Assembly (NCBI GenBank): GCA_913043225.1
Contig: CAJWLU010000014.1
Location: 1-64,000, forward strand
From: an uncultured Acidobacteriota bacterium
GTDB taxonomy: Bacteria; Acidobacteriota; Vicinamibacteria; Vicinamibacterales; UBA8438
Direction: 5' to 3'
DNA: 64,000 bases
Positions 10,937 through 21,395 of this stretch are shown here, in pieces. Under the pieces are notes generated by a model that made no database searches, was not told the DNA's origin, and saw only the letters and a program-made list of their open reading frames with translations. The translations under genes and the position numbers were made by a program. How positions within the stretch are numbered: position 1 is the first letter of the stretch; each line of letters opens with the position of its first letter.

Positions 10937-11218
10937 ATGCAGATATTGCCGCTACGTCTCGCCTGGACCGTCGCCCTAGCGGGTCTGCTCAACATCGCCC
11001 TTCCTCGCACAAGTGAAGCGTGCGCGATCTGCTTTGGCGACCCGAACTCGCCGATGGCGATCGGCACCAGCTGGGGAATTCTGTTGTTACTGTGCGTCAC
11101 TGTCGGCATGCTGGGCGCCTTCGCCTACTTCTTCCTTTACCTGGTCCGGCGTTCACGGATGGCGCTTGGAGAGCAGTCGGAGATGACTCGCTCGACCCAG
11201 GCACCTCGGAGTGTGTAG
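10937..11218 (+). CDS. Small exported/membrane protein with CxxC just after the signal peptide
   Basis: MQILPLRLAW...SEA-CAICFGDPNS followed by one TM helix; ends 3 nt before coxB. Confidence 0.7.
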   Translation: MQILPLRLAWTVALAGLLNIALPRTSEACAICFGDPNSPMAIGTSWGILLLLCVTVGMLGAFAYFFLYLVRRSRMALGEQSEMTRSTQAPRSV

Positions 11219-11221
11219 AAG

Positions 11222-11968
11222 ATGCAGGAACTACTAGGACTTCCGGTGCAGGCGTCGGCCCACGCGGCCGAGATCGACCAGATGATCGTCATCTTGCACT
11301 GGCTGATGCTGGCGCTTTTCGTCGGTTGGGGCATCTTCTTCGTCTACACCCTCATCCGATTCCGCGCCTCGGCCAACCCTAAGGCGGACTACCAAGGCGT
11401 CAAGAGCCACGTGTCGACCTACCTCGAGGTGGCCGTGGCCCTAGTCGAGGCGGTCATCCTTGTGGCGTTCGCAATTCCAGCCTGGACCACCCGGGTCAAC
11501 GCGTTCCCACCCGAGGACGGCGCGACGGTCGTACACCTGATCGCCAAGCAGTTCGCCTGGCACTCGGTCTACGCCGGTCCGGACGGCCGGTTCGGACGTC
11601 GTGATGCCAGCCTGATCACGCCGGCCAATGAGATCGGCCTCGACCGCAGCGACCCAAACGGCGCCGACGACATCTACACCATCAACCAACTAAATCTCCC
11701 GGTTGACACCCCGGTGATCGTCTATCTCTCGAGCATGGACGTCATCCACAGCTTCGCCATCAACTCGATGCGGGTGAAGCAGGACGCCATCCCCGGCATC
11801 GAGACCCCCGTCTGGTTCGAACCCACCATGGAGGGGGACTTCCAGATCAACTGCTCACAGCTCTGCGGGCTGGGCCACTACCGGATGCGTGGCGCGGTCA
11901 CCGTGATGAACGCAGGGAACTTCCAGAACTTCCTAGACGAAGAAACCGCCAGACTGGCCGCCGACTAG
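11222..11968 (+). CDS. coxB: Cytochrome c oxidase subunit II (CuA)
   Basis: Two TM helices, DVIHSF, KQDAIPG and CSQLCGLGHYRM. Confidence 0.94.
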   Translation: MQELLGLPVQASAHAAEIDQMIVILHWLMLALFVGWGIFFVYTLIRFRASANPKADYQGVKSHVSTYLEVAVALVEAVILVAFAIPAWTTRVNAFPPEDGATVVHLIAKQFAWHSVYAGPDGRFGRRDASLITPANEIGLDRSDPNGADDIYTINQLNLPVDTPVIVYLSSMDVIHSFAINSMRVKQDAIPGIETPVWFEPTMEGDFQINCSQLCGLGHYRMRGAVTVMNAGNFQNFLDEETARLAAD

Positions 11969-11983
11969 GCCAGCCGGTTGCGT

Positions 11984-12304
11984 CTAGCGCGTAATCTGGA
12001 ACTCGGCGCGGGCCTCGGTGACGAGCGCTTCGAGCGCTTCGGCCGCCGAGGCCATGTCCGTGATGCTGGTCTGCACGATCGGCCCCAGCCGCGCCTGATA
12101 GCTGGCGACGTCTTCACCCGCATCGGCGGCCGCGGACAACAGGTTCAGCAACTCGACGTTGGCGGTCTGGAATCGCTCGTGGGCCCGCTCGCCCACCGGC
12201 CCGCCGGCCTCGGCCGGCGCCGCACCATCCCCCTCGAAAGCGACGCCACACGCAAGAGTCGCCAGACACAGCGCGGCACCGAGGCCACGCCCCAGCGTCG
12301 TCAT
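11984..12304 (-). CDS. Hypothetical lipoprotein-like helical protein
   Basis: Signal peptide with TLAC; ATGA overlap with the DsbA-like gene. Confidence 0.55.
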   Translation of the reverse strand: MTTLGRGLGAALCLATLACGVAFEGDGAAPAEAGGPVGERAHERFQTANVELLNLLSAAADAGEDVASYQARLGPIVQTSITDMASAAEALEALVTEARAEFQITR

Positions 12305-13326
12305 CGAGACGACCGCTCCAGTTCTTCGTCGATAATCTGCTGGAAGAGTGCAATGGGTGCCGCGCCGAGGACGGCGCGGCCGTTGATGAAGACGGTCGGA
12401 GTCGATGACACACCGTAGTCCTGGCCGGCCCGCAGATCCGCGTTGACATCACCCGCGAACTGCCCGCTGTCGAGGCACGTGTCGAAAGCGGCCTGGTCGA
12501 CGCCCAGCTCACCCGCATAGCGTTTGATGTCTTCGACCTCCAAGGCATCCTGACTTTCAAACATCCGGTCGTGGAGCTCCCAGAACTTCCCTTGAAGATT
12601 CGCGCACAAGCCAGCCTCGGCTGCCTTGAACGCTTGCGGATGGTTCGGCAACGGATAATCCTTGAACACCACCCTGACCTCGTCTCCATAGATCTCCTTC
12701 AGCTGATCGATCGTGCCGGTCAGCTGCTCGCAAAACGGACACTGGAAGTCGGAGAACTCGACGATCTGGACCAACGCGCTGGCGGGGCCAAACGAGGGAT
12801 CCCCATCGGATACCGCGATCTCGGTGCGAGGCGGCTCCAGGTCGAGGGAGATGTCGTCGGCGTTTTCCCTGAGCTCTGCCATCAACTCGTGGAGCGCCTG
12901 GGTCGGTTGCTGCTGCTCGAGGAAGGCTCGGATCTCCGGCTTCATCTGCTCGAGGGTTCGGCCGCCGAATGCGTTCTGATTCTGCCCATAGAGCAACGCG
13001 ATCTCCTCGTCGGTGACCGGCGGCGTGCGTGACGGCAGCTCCTGCGCCAGCAGTTCGTCTCTGGACAGCCCGCGCGCGATCGCTTCGCGCTCGATCAGGA
13101 TCTCGCCAACCACGATATCCAGCACCCGGCGACGGGTATCGTAGAGATCCTGCAGCATCCGCATCCGGTTCGAAGCGTCGTTGGAACGCCAGGCGTCATC
13201 GACGTCGGTCATCGTGACTTCAATGTCGCCGACCCGGCCCACGACAATCTCATCCCGCTGAGCCTGCGCCTGGAGGGGGGCAAACAGGAGCACGAAACCG
13301 GCGAGCAGGAAGAACCGCTGCAGCAT
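12301..13326 (-). CDS. DsbA/thioredoxin-fold protein with a SurA-like helical N-terminal region
   Basis: EFSDFQCPFC, KDYPL and GVSSTPTVFING; signal peptide. Confidence 0.9.
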   Translation of the reverse strand: MLQRFFLLAGFVLLFAPLQAQAQRDEIVVGRVGDIEVTMTDVDDAWRSNDASNRMRMLQDLYDTRRRVLDIVVGEILIEREAIARGLSRDELLAQELPSRTPPVTDEEIALLYGQNQNAFGGRTLEQMKPEIRAFLEQQQPTQALHELMAELRENADDISLDLEPPRTEIAVSDGDPSFGPASALVQIVEFSDFQCPFCEQLTGTIDQLKEIYGDEVRVVFKDYPLPNHPQAFKAAEAGLCANLQGKFWELHDRMFESQDALEVEDIKRYAGELGVDQAAFDTCLDSGQFAGDVNADLRAGQDYGVSSTPTVFINGRAVLGAAPIALFQQIIDEELERSSR

Positions 13327-13413
13327 CACATACACCTTTCTTGTGGAAACACCCGAACGATCACTTTAGCATGCGGCGGGGCGGGCCTCAGCGGCTGGCG
13401 CGTCCGCCAAATC

Positions 13414-15048
13414 ATGTCGACCCACCGTGTCCGCACCAGGCTACCGCGCGGCAGCACGACCGCACCGCTTGACGTCCTAACCGATCCCAACGACGTCGCG
13501 CCGTTCCTTGAGGATGCCGCTCACTACCCGGGCGGTCGCACGCCGGCCGTCATCCGCCCACGGAACGAAGCGGAACTCGCCGCCACACTTGCGCGGGCAG
13601 ACGCGATCTTGCCGGTCGGCGCCCAATCGTCGCTGACCGGCGGCGCGACACCACGCGGAGAAACGGTGGTAAGCCTGGCGCGGCTGGTCGACCTTGAAAT
13701 TCAATCGCCGGCCAGGCTGCGCGCCGGACCGGGCGTGACGCTGACCGCGATCCGGGAATCGCTCAAGGGACGAGGCTGCAGCTATCCGCCGGTGCCGACC
13801 TACGAAGGTGCCACCGTGGGCGGCATCGTCTCGACTGACGCCGCCGGAGCCGCCACCTTCAAGTACGGCACCACGCGGCGCTGGGTGCGCGCCTTAACCA
13901 TCATGCTGGCGTCGGGCGAAGTACTGGAGCTCGAACGTGACGCTGTCACGGCGCGGAACGGGGTGTTCGAGGTCCTGACCGAACGGGGACCGGTGGAACT
14001 GCGGGTACCCGGCTACCGGATGCCGCCTGTGCCGAAACACTCGGCCGGGTATCATGCCGAGCCGGACCTCGACCTTATCGACCTGTTTATCGGCGCCGAA
14101 GGGACGCTCGGGATCGTGACCTCAGTCACCCTCGACCTGTTGCCGGCTGCGCCACCAGTGGCACTAGTTCTCATCGGCGTCCCGAGCGAGCCACAGGCAG
14201 TCGCCCTGGCGGAAACGCTGCGGCGGCGGTCCGAAGCCACGCGCCGCGACGGCGACGTCCGTGGGCTCGACATCGTCGCGATCGAGCACATGGATCGGCG
14301 CTGTCTGGAACTCGTCCGCGAGGACGGCGCCGACCGCCGCTTGAAGGTGACGGTCTCGCCCGAGGTGGAGGTCATGCTGCTGGCCCAGCTCGAACTGCGG
14401 GAAGAGCTCCCCGCCGCACAGCTGCACGAGGAAGTGGCACAGTCGCTGTGTGGCTCGGCGCCCGACACCCCGATCACACGACTATGTCAATTGCTCGACG
14501 ACGAACACCTCCTAGACACAACTGAGCTGGTAAGCCCCACCGACACCGCGCGGCTCGCCGACCTACTGCGCTTTCGCGAGGCGGTGCCTGAAGCGGTGAA
14601 CCGCCGCGTAGGCCACGCCCAGCGGACCGTGCATCCCACGATCGAGAAAACGGCCGCCGACATGATCGTGCCATTCGCGCGTCTCTCCGAGAGCGTGGCG
14701 CTCTTTCGCGATGCGTTTCGATCCCGCGGGCTTGATCACGCGATCTGGGGACACATCTCGGACGCCAACCTGCACCCGAATCTGCTGCCCCACTCCGCCG
14801 AGGACATCCTCCTGGCGCGCGACGCGATCCTGGAGTGCGGGCGCGCCGTGGTAGCCATGGGCGGCAGCCCACTCGCCGAACATGGCGTGGGCCGGAATCC
14901 GACCAAGCAGCAGCTGTTAACGCTGCTGCACGGGGAGGAGGGGATTGCCGAGATGCGCGCCGTCAAGCAGGTTCTCGATCCGGACTGGAAGCTGGCCCCG
15001 GGCGTGCTCTTCGGGAGGACGGCGCAAACGGAGAGGGGTAAGGGATGA
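13414..15048 (+). CDS. FAD-binding oxidoreductase (GlcD/D-lactate dehydrogenase-like)
   Basis: GAQSSLTGGA, GAEGTLGIVT, GHISDANLH and AEHGVG. Confidence 0.9.
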   Translation: MSTHRVRTRLPRGSTTAPLDVLTDPNDVAPFLEDAAHYPGGRTPAVIRPRNEAELAATLARADAILPVGAQSSLTGGATPRGETVVSLARLVDLEIQSPARLRAGPGVTLTAIRESLKGRGCSYPPVPTYEGATVGGIVSTDAAGAATFKYGTTRRWVRALTIMLASGEVLELERDAVTARNGVFEVLTERGPVELRVPGYRMPPVPKHSAGYHAEPDLDLIDLFIGAEGTLGIVTSVTLDLLPAAPPVALVLIGVPSEPQAVALAETLRRRSEATRRDGDVRGLDIVAIEHMDRRCLELVREDGADRRLKVTVSPEVEVMLLAQLELREELPAAQLHEEVAQSLCGSAPDTPITRLCQLLDDEHLLDTTELVSPTDTARLADLLRFREAVPEAVNRRVGHAQRTVHPTIEKTAADMIVPFARLSESVALFRDAFRSRGLDHAIWGHISDANLHPNLLPHSAEDILLARDAILECGRAVVAMGGSPLAEHGVGRNPTKQQLLTLLHGEEGIAEMRAVKQVLDPDWKLAPGVLFGRTAQTERGKG

Positions 15049-15458
15049 ACGCGAGGTTTCTGGCACACTGGTTGACCACGGCAGCAGCCCTCGGGGTCAC
15101 GGCCTGGTTGTTGCCCGGCGTCGAGGTCACCTCGCTTGCCGCGCTCGCGGTCGCCGCCCTGGTGCTTGGTCTGGTCAACGCCTTCGTCCGTCCTGCCCTT
15201 TTACTCCTGACCCTGCCGTTCACTGTGTTGAGCCTCGGACTGTTCTACTTCGTGGTCAACGGCCTAGCGTTCGGCTTGGCCGCCGCCATCGTGCCGGGGT
15301 TCGGCGTGACGTCGTTCTTCTCTGCGATACTCGGAGCATTCATGGTCGGACTGGTGTCCTGGTTCATCGGTATCTTCGCCCCTCCCAGGCGAGGGGACAG
15401 CCGCGAAACGATGGTGGTTGGTGTTCGCCGAACAGGTGACAGACGGTGGCGCCGATGA
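15045..15458 (+). CDS. YvlD/DUF360 four-TM membrane protein
   Basis: LGLVNAFVRP...LTLPFTVLSLGLF.FVVN signature. Confidence 0.88.
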   Translation: MNARFLAHWLTTAAALGVTAWLLPGVEVTSLAALAVAALVLGLVNAFVRPALLLLTLPFTVLSLGLFYFVVNGLAFGLAAAIVPGFGVTSFFSAILGAFMVGLVSWFIGIFAPPRRGDSRETMVVGVRRTGDRRWRR

Positions 15459-16003
15459 GCCGACGCAGGTGGTGGGCGCTGACTCTGGCCTTCGTGGCGC
15501 TGGCCGCCAGCCCAGCCGCGGGGCAGGGGGAACGACTGGAACTGGGAGGCGGCATCGCATTTCTCTCGAGCGACCGTCTCACCGACGGCTACGCGGGCGG
15601 CTGGTTCGTCGACGGGGGCTGGCGTCTCGCGCCAAGCCTCACCGCCGTCGTGGTCGGCGGCCGACACCGGGTCACCCAGGATGTGGGGTTCTTCGACACC
15701 GAGGTAACGTTCGACACCGTGCTGGTCGGAGCCAGATACCGCTTTGTGGTGGGGAGCCTGAGACCGTTTGTGCAACTCCTGGCCGGCCGCGGACGAGTGG
15801 CGGTGGCGGCCCGCGCCACAAGCCCGATCGCCACGGAGGGTGACGATGACGCCACCCAAGTCACCTTGCAGCTCGGGGGAGGACTGGAGACGCCGCTGAG
15901 CGAGTCGCTGCGGCTCCGGGTCGGGGTCAACTATCGGCGGGTCGAGGCGGACACGGCGCTGAATCAGATCGTCATCTCCAGCGGCGTCACCCTCGGGTTC
16001 TAG
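15455..16003 (+). CDS. Outer-membrane beta-barrel protein
   Basis: Signal peptide, alternating beta-strands (GARYRF, RPFVQ, LGGGLE) and C-terminal Phe. Confidence 0.75.
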   Translation: MSRRRWWALTLAFVALAASPAAGQGERLELGGGIAFLSSDRLTDGYAGGWFVDGGWRLAPSLTAVVVGGRHRVTQDVGFFDTEVTFDTVLVGARYRFVVGSLRPFVQLLAGRGRVAVAARATSPIATEGDDDATQVTLQLGGGLETPLSESLRLRVGVNYRRVEADTALNQIVISSGVTLGF

Positions 16004-16094
16004 TGCTCCCCTACGCCGCCCCGCCAGGCGCGCCGTGCGCGCCCGTTAAGCTCATTGTTCAGCAACCTGCCAGCCCCACCCAGTCAGCCGATGC

Positions 16095-17342
16095 TCAGAG
16101 CCGTCCTAGCAGATCGGTTAGTTTCCGCAGACGATACGCGCCGTCGGCTGGGTTGTGGTAACCGACAGCGCGCTCGGCGCTGGTCAGCGGCGCTTCGTCC
16201 TTCATCGGCTCGAATTGATGGCCCTCGTGCCACTCGTTGAAGGACGTGATGTGGACCAGAAAGAACCCTCGGTCAACATTGCCCAGGAAGGGATGCGTCT
16301 GGAGCATGAGGTTCGTCTGGAGGGTCTCTTCGATCCGCGTCTCGGCCAACCGTGCCGCCATTTCGCGCCCTTCGGACCGCGTCCAGTCGATCGGTTCGGA
16401 CAGCGCTGGCAGGAAGGGCGGCGTCACGTAGCAGGGGTCCTCCACTACCCGGCGTGCCAGGTAGTCCTGACCGGGATTGAGGGGAAAAGCGAACAGGACG
16501 CCGACTCGCGTGGACACCAGCGCATGGTCGAGCCACTCCTGCGGCGAATCCGCTGGATCGTAAACAGAGATGCCGTCCATACCCTGGGCTGCCGCGCGCT
16601 CGGCCTTTGATGTGTTCGACAGGAGGGTGAAATGGTCGAAGTCGTGCGCCACGACAGTGCGGAGCCGCTCAACCTGCCGTCTCCACTCGCTATCGAGCAC
16701 GAAGTCAGCCACTGGCTCGAGCTCACCGCGACAGTTCTCGACCTGCTGCGGCGGAGCCGTGCGGAACAACTTGAAGACGGGCCCCTGGGTCCGGTCCGCT
16801 CGCTCGTTGAAGTAGAAGCAGTCCCAGCGTCGCCGCTCGCCGAACTCGCGAAGTAGATAGAGGACGTCCTCGGGCATCCGCGTCGCCCGGTCGAGACTAT
16901 AGGGCTCAAGGTGAAAGGTTACCTTGATGTCGTGGTCAGCCATCACGTCCATGACCAACGGGACAGCGCGGTCGGAGAAGCTTCCCTGTCCCCACCAGCT
17001 GATGTTGATCACACCCACGCCCGAGTCGGCGATCCAGCGCGCGTGCTGCTCGACGACAGCGCGGGACCGCGAGTCGTAGGCGCCGAGGAGCGGCATGGTA
17101 TTCGAGGCCAGGTCGACGGGCGGGACACGATGCCACATCGTCCAGTGGCGAAACGGGTCGGCGGCGTACCACGGGTAGTAATCGAAGACGAAGTGCCGGC
17201 GAAGATCGGTGTAGCGAGTGCGCAACAGGTCACCAAAGCTGCGCCACGGGAACGCGTCCTGGGCTCCGGCTCCGGAAGCACCCAGCGCGCCGGCGCCGGC
17301 GGCCGCACAGACAGAGAAGAACGCCCGGCGAGTCAGGGACAT
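16095..17342 (-). CDS. Tat-exported glycoside hydrolase family 99-like protein
   Basis: TRRAFF Tat motif, YYPWY, ISWWG, FHLEPY and ITSFNEWHEG. Confidence 0.8.
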   Translation of the reverse strand: MSLTRRAFFSVCAAAGAGALGASGAGAQDAFPWRSFGDLLRTRYTDLRRHFVFDYYPWYAADPFRHWTMWHRVPPVDLASNTMPLLGAYDSRSRAVVEQHARWIADSGVGVINISWWGQGSFSDRAVPLVMDVMADHDIKVTFHLEPYSLDRATRMPEDVLYLLREFGERRRWDCFYFNERADRTQGPVFKLFRTAPPQQVENCRGELEPVADFVLDSEWRRQVERLRTVVAHDFDHFTLLSNTSKAERAAAQGMDGISVYDPADSPQEWLDHALVSTRVGVLFAFPLNPGQDYLARRVVEDPCYVTPPFLPALSEPIDWTRSEGREMAARLAETRIEETLQTNLMLQTHPFLGNVDRGFFLVHITSFNEWHEGHQFEPMKDEAPLTSAERAVGYHNPADGAYRLRKLTDLLGRL

Positions 17343-17354
17343 CGGTGAGGGGGA

Positions 17355-17954
17355 CTATTGTTCCACGCAGTAGAGGCGGGCCGGCTGGTCGCAAGGTCGA
17401 ATGCCTGCCGCAGACCAACCGGGACCGATCTGATCAAACGCCCCGACCTGCCCCGTACCAACCAGCGACTGCCAGTCGCCGCAACTCGCGCCAGACGCGG
17501 CCGGGACACCGCCCGTGTCGGTGCCAGTCCAAACCTGGTCGACCGAAGCCGGCTGCACACCCCGTTCATCGACGATGATCGGGTTATTGATGGTGCCGTC
17601 AGCGAAGTCGTCCCAGTGATCGGCCACCCGTACGCCGGAAGTCATAACAAAGGGGGTCGGACCACGAGAGAAGGTAGCGCTCGGCGAGAGCCCCCCCCCA
17701 CTGAGCCAGGCTCGGAAGCTGCCCGGCAGGCGAGCGGCGGTCGCCAACGACGCACAGAGCGCATCAGCCGACGCCACCCCGCCAAAATCACCCGACACGG
17801 TCTGACTCGTCACGAAGATCACCCTACCGTCCGCCGGCGACACCGCCGTCGGCACATTCGGACTGTCCCCGCACCCGACGACCACAAGGGCTGCAACCAG
17901 GACGTGCAGTCGCGCGGCGCAGCTACAAATCCACGTTTCGTAACCGCAAAGCAT
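17355..17954 (-). CDS. DUF1554-like lipoprotein (start uncertain)
   Basis: VVVGC lipobox, [27 protein letters not shown] and RLYCVEQ. Confidence 0.75.
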   Translation of the reverse strand: MLCGYETWICSCAARLHVLVAALVVVGCGDSPNVPTAVSPADGRVIFVTSQTVSGDFGGVASADALCASLATAARLPGSFRAWLSGGGLSPSATFSRGPTPFVMTSGVRVADHWDDFADGTINNPIIVDERGVQPASVDQVWTGTDTGGVPAASGASCGDWQSLVGTGQVGAFDQIGPGWSAAGIRPCDQPARLYCVEQ

Positions 17955-20520
17955 TCGAGATCACCGACAACGAGCTCAGCGTCATCGCGACGCTGGCCCA
18001 GATTGGACTGATCAACAGGCCGAGCACCGGATACAACACGCCCGCGGCCACGGGGACACCGACCGCGTTGTAGACGAAGGCCAGGAACAGATTCTGACGG
18101 ATATTTCGCATCGTCGTGCGACTCAGACGCCGGGCCTGCACGATCGATTGCAGGTCGCCGCGCACCAGGGTGATGCCCGCACTCTCGATGGCGACATCGG
18201 TTCCGGTCCCCATGGCGATACCCACGGCCGCCTCGGCCAGAGCCGGGGCATCGTTGATCCCGTCTCCGGCCATGGCCACCACCGCCCCCTCGGCTTGCCG
18301 TTCCGCCACAATCCGCCGCTTGTCGGCGGGTAGGACCTCCGCCACGACCTCATCTATCCCGAGCCGCCCGGCCACGGCATCGGCCGTCGTCTGATTGTCC
18401 CCGGTGACCATTAGCAGCCGCAGCCCCTCGGCCCGGAGCTCCGCGATCGCGGACGCGGTCGTTGACTTGATCGGGTCGGCAATCGCCAGCAGACCGGCCA
18501 GCGCGCCGTCCACCGCGACGAAGACGATCGTCTCCCCCTCGCGCCGCCTAGCATCGGCGGCTTCGGCCAGCGGGCGGGTCGAGATGCCATAGGCGTCGAG
18601 CAGTTCTGGGGTTCCCAGAAGCACCTGACGACCATCCACCCGTCCGGTCACTCCACGACCGACGTGCGTCTCAAACGCTTCGCTCGGCGGCACCCGAAGC
18701 TGACGCTCGGCGGCCGCGGCGCCGACGGCCGACGCCAGCGGATGCTCGCTCCCGCGCTCGAGACCAGCAGCCAGCGAAAGCAACGTCCCCTCGTCGGTAC
18801 CCTCGGCGGGCACCACCACGGCGACAACGGGCCGGCCTTCGGTAAGTGTCCCGGTCTTATCGACGACTACAGTGTCGACCCGTTCGAGCAGTTCGAGGGC
18901 CTCGGCGTCCTTGATCAGCACCCCGACGCCGGCCCCTCGGCCCGTCCCCACCATGACGGCCATGGGAGTCGCCAGCCCCAAGGCGCACGGGCAGGCGATG
19001 ATCAGCACCGCCACTGCGCTCACCAAGGCCAGCGCCAGACTGGGCTCCGGCCCCCAGAGCGCCCAGCCGATGAAGGCCAGTATGGCCACCGAGACCACGG
19101 CCGGAACGAAATACTGGGCCAGGCGGTCGGCCTGCCGCTGTATCGGCGCCCGACTCCGCTGGGCCTCGGACACCATCGTGACGATCTGCGCCAGCAGGGT
19201 GTCGGCGCCGACCCGTTCGGCCTGCATGACAAGCGTACCGGTGCCGTTCAAAGTGCCGCCGACGAGTCGGTCACCAGAGGTCTTCTCCGCCGGCACCGGC
19301 TCGCCGGTCACCATCGATTCGTCAACGGCGCTGCGGCCCACGACCACGGTCCCGTCGACCGGCACCCGCTCGCCGGGACGGATACGTATAAGGTCGCCAA
19401 CCCGCACGTCGCTCAGAGGAACATCCTCCTCGGCATCGCCCACAACGCGGCGAGCCAGGGCCGGCGCCAGGCCTACGAGCGCCCGTAGGGCCGCGCCGGT
19501 ACGGCTGCGCACACGTAGCTCGAGCAGCTGCCCCAGGAGCACGAGCACGATAATCATCACTGAGGTATCGAAGTAGGGCTCTACCCTGGCACCCATGCGG
19601 AACCCGCCCGGGAACCAACCAGGGACGAGCGTGGCCGCGACGCTATACAGATACGCGGCGCCTACCCCGATCGCGATCAAGGTGAACATATTGGGGCTGC
19701 GATTCACGATCGACGCCCAGCCCCGCTCGAAGAAGGGGCGTCCCGCCCAGACCACGACCGGGGTCGCGCAGGCCAGCTGAATCCAGTTCGAAAGGGATCG
19801 CCCGACCAACGCGGTTACCTGCCCCCCCACAACCATCTCGGCCATCGCTAAAGCGAAGACCGGCAGGGCCAACGCGGCGCCGATCCAAAACCGGCGCGTC
19901 ATGTCGTCGAGCTCGGGATTAGACGGCTCTTCGGGTGACACCGTCCTAAACTCAAGCGCCATGCCGCATTCGGGACAGCTCCCGAGAGTCGACTGAACCA
20001 CTTTGGGGTGCATCGGGCAGATGTACTCGACGGTAGGCAGGGCCACGGTGACTTCCGCCTCGAGCGCCATGCCACAGATTGGACAGGCGCCCGGCTCGGA
20101 CTCGCGTACCTCCGGGTCCATCGGGCACGTAAAGACCGCGCCCCGAGGGGGTGGCGCGGCGGGGCCGGCATCTTCCGGATGGAGGTAGCGGTTTGGGTCG
20201 GCCTGGAACCTGGTCAGACAGCCTTCGCAGCAGAAGAAGTACGTCTGGCCCTCATGCTCGCAATTGAAAGAATCCGGCGCCGGGTCGACCTTCATTCCGC
20301 ACACGGGATCCACCGCTAGCAGTGGATTGTCGGCCGAGGGTGTAGGCGCCGACGAATCTTCCCGCTCGAGAAACTGGTCCGGGTCTGCGACAAACGCTGT
20401 GCAACATCCGCCACAGCAGAAGTAGTAGGTCGCGCCGGCGTGCTCATGCTGGTGACGGGCGGTATCCGGGTCTACTCGCATACCGCAGACCGGATCACGC
20501 GTGTCAGCTGCCTTGGTCAT
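17923..20520 (-). CDS. copA: Copper-translocating P1B-type ATPase with two YHS and two CPM[DH]P metal-binding domains
   Basis: DPVCGM...YFCC twice, [31 protein letters not shown] and MTLSS. Confidence 0.95.
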   Translation of the reverse strand: MTKAADTRDPVCGMRVDPDTARHQHEHAGATYYFCCGGCCTAFVADPDQFLEREDSSAPTPSADNPLLAVDPVCGMKVDPAPDSFNCEHEGQTYFFCCEGCLTRFQADPNRYLHPEDAGPAAPPPRGAVFTCPMDPEVRESEPGACPICGMALEAEVTVALPTVEYICPMHPKVVQSTLGSCPECGMALEFRTVSPEEPSNPELDDMTRRFWIGAALALPVFALAMAEMVVGGQVTALVGRSLSNWIQLACATPVVVWAGRPFFERGWASIVNRSPNMFTLIAIGVGAAYLYSVAATLVPGWFPGGFRMGARVEPYFDTSVMIIVLVLLGQLLELRVRSRTGAALRALVGLAPALARRVVGDAEEDVPLSDVRVGDLIRIRPGERVPVDGTVVVGRSAVDESMVTGEPVPAEKTSGDRLVGGTLNGTGTLVMQAERVGADTLLAQIVTMVSEAQRSRAPIQRQADRLAQYFVPAVVSVAILAFIGWALWGPEPSLALALVSAVAVLIIACPCALGLATPMAVMVGTGRGAGVGVLIKDAEALELLERVDTVVVDKTGTLTEGRPVVAVVVPAEGTDEGTLLSLAAGLERGSEHPLASAVGAAAAERQLRVPPSEAFETHVGRGVTGRVDGRQVLLGTPELLDAYGISTRPLAEAADARRREGETIVFVAVDGALAGLLAIADPIKSTTASAIAELRAEGLRLLMVTGDNQTTADAVAGRLGIDEVVAEVLPADKRRIVAERQAEGAVVAMAGDGINDAPALAEAAVGIAMGTGTDVAIESAGITLVRGDLQSIVQARRLSRTTMRNIRQNLFLAFVYNAVGVPVAAGVLYPVLGLLISPIWASVAMTLSSLSVISNALRLRNVDL

Positions 20521-20654
20521 CGAGTGCACGCTCGTTGGGTTCCATCAGGATCGACGCCCGCTCGCTTTACGACAATCCCTGGGTTCATTCATCATAGTCG
20601 TTCGATCGCATGCGCCCTCGCCGACGACCCGCACCGATTCACCATCCAGATCAC

Positions 20655-21389
20655 ATGAACAGACGACACGTCTTTCTCCTCTCGCTTGCTCTGATCTCGT
20701 TCGCCTCAACCCCAGCGGCGGCCCAGAACCCGGCCGAAGACAGCCTCTGGGCCGGCAGCGCCGAGGTCTCGGCGGTAGCAACGTCCGGTAACTCCGACAC
20801 CCGGACCTTCGGCCTGGGCGGAGAGCTCACCTACGACCCCAGCGGCTGGAGCTGGCGGGCCCGGGCAGCCTACGTGGAGACCTCTGCCGACGACCTGCTG
20901 CGTGCTCGCTCGTTCAACGGCCTCGCCGAAGCCTCCCGAAACCTGAAGGACCAACTTGAGGTGTATGGGCGAGGCGGATACCTCCGAGATCTGTTTGCCG
21001 GGATCGAACGACGCGTAACCACCGAAGGAGGGCTGGCCTGGGAAGCCATAGCCGGAGCACCGCACTCGCTGCAGATACTGGTCGGCGGCGGCGTGACCCG
21101 CGAGATTCGCCTGGTAGGAGAAGACCTGACGATCGGGACAGCCAATGCCACCGGCCGCTATGTCTTAACCCTCTCCAACACCAGCAAGATCACCGAAGAG
21201 GCGTCGTTCGTCGGCGATCTGAACACCGGCGAGAACTGGCGCATCGCGAACGAGGTGGCGGCCACCGCCACGCTCACCCGCCTGTTCTCACTCAAGGTGT
21301 CCCACAAGCTCAGCTACCTGAATGCTCCGGTACCAGGCTTCAAAAGCACGGACACCATCAGCTCGGCCGCGTTGGTGGCCACGTTCTAG
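20655..21389 (+). CDS. DUF481/YdiY-like outer-membrane protein
   Basis: Signal peptide, TSGNSDT, DLFAGIERR and C-terminal Phe. Confidence 0.8.
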   Translation: MNRRHVFLLSLALISFASTPAAAQNPAEDSLWAGSAEVSAVATSGNSDTRTFGLGGELTYDPSGWSWRARAAYVETSADDLLRARSFNGLAEASRNLKDQLEVYGRGGYLRDLFAGIERRVTTEGGLAWEAIAGAPHSLQILVGGGVTREIRLVGEDLTIGTANATGRYVLTLSNTSKITEEASFVGDLNTGENWRIANEVAATATLTRLFSLKVSHKLSYLNAPVPGFKSTDTISSAALVATF

Positions 21390-21395
21390 TCCCCT

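Noticed and set aside
15045..15458. 'Phage holin' family gene as evidence of a prophage
   Set aside because: YvlD/DUF360 proteins are common chromosomal genes, and no phage structural, lysis or integrase genes are nearby.
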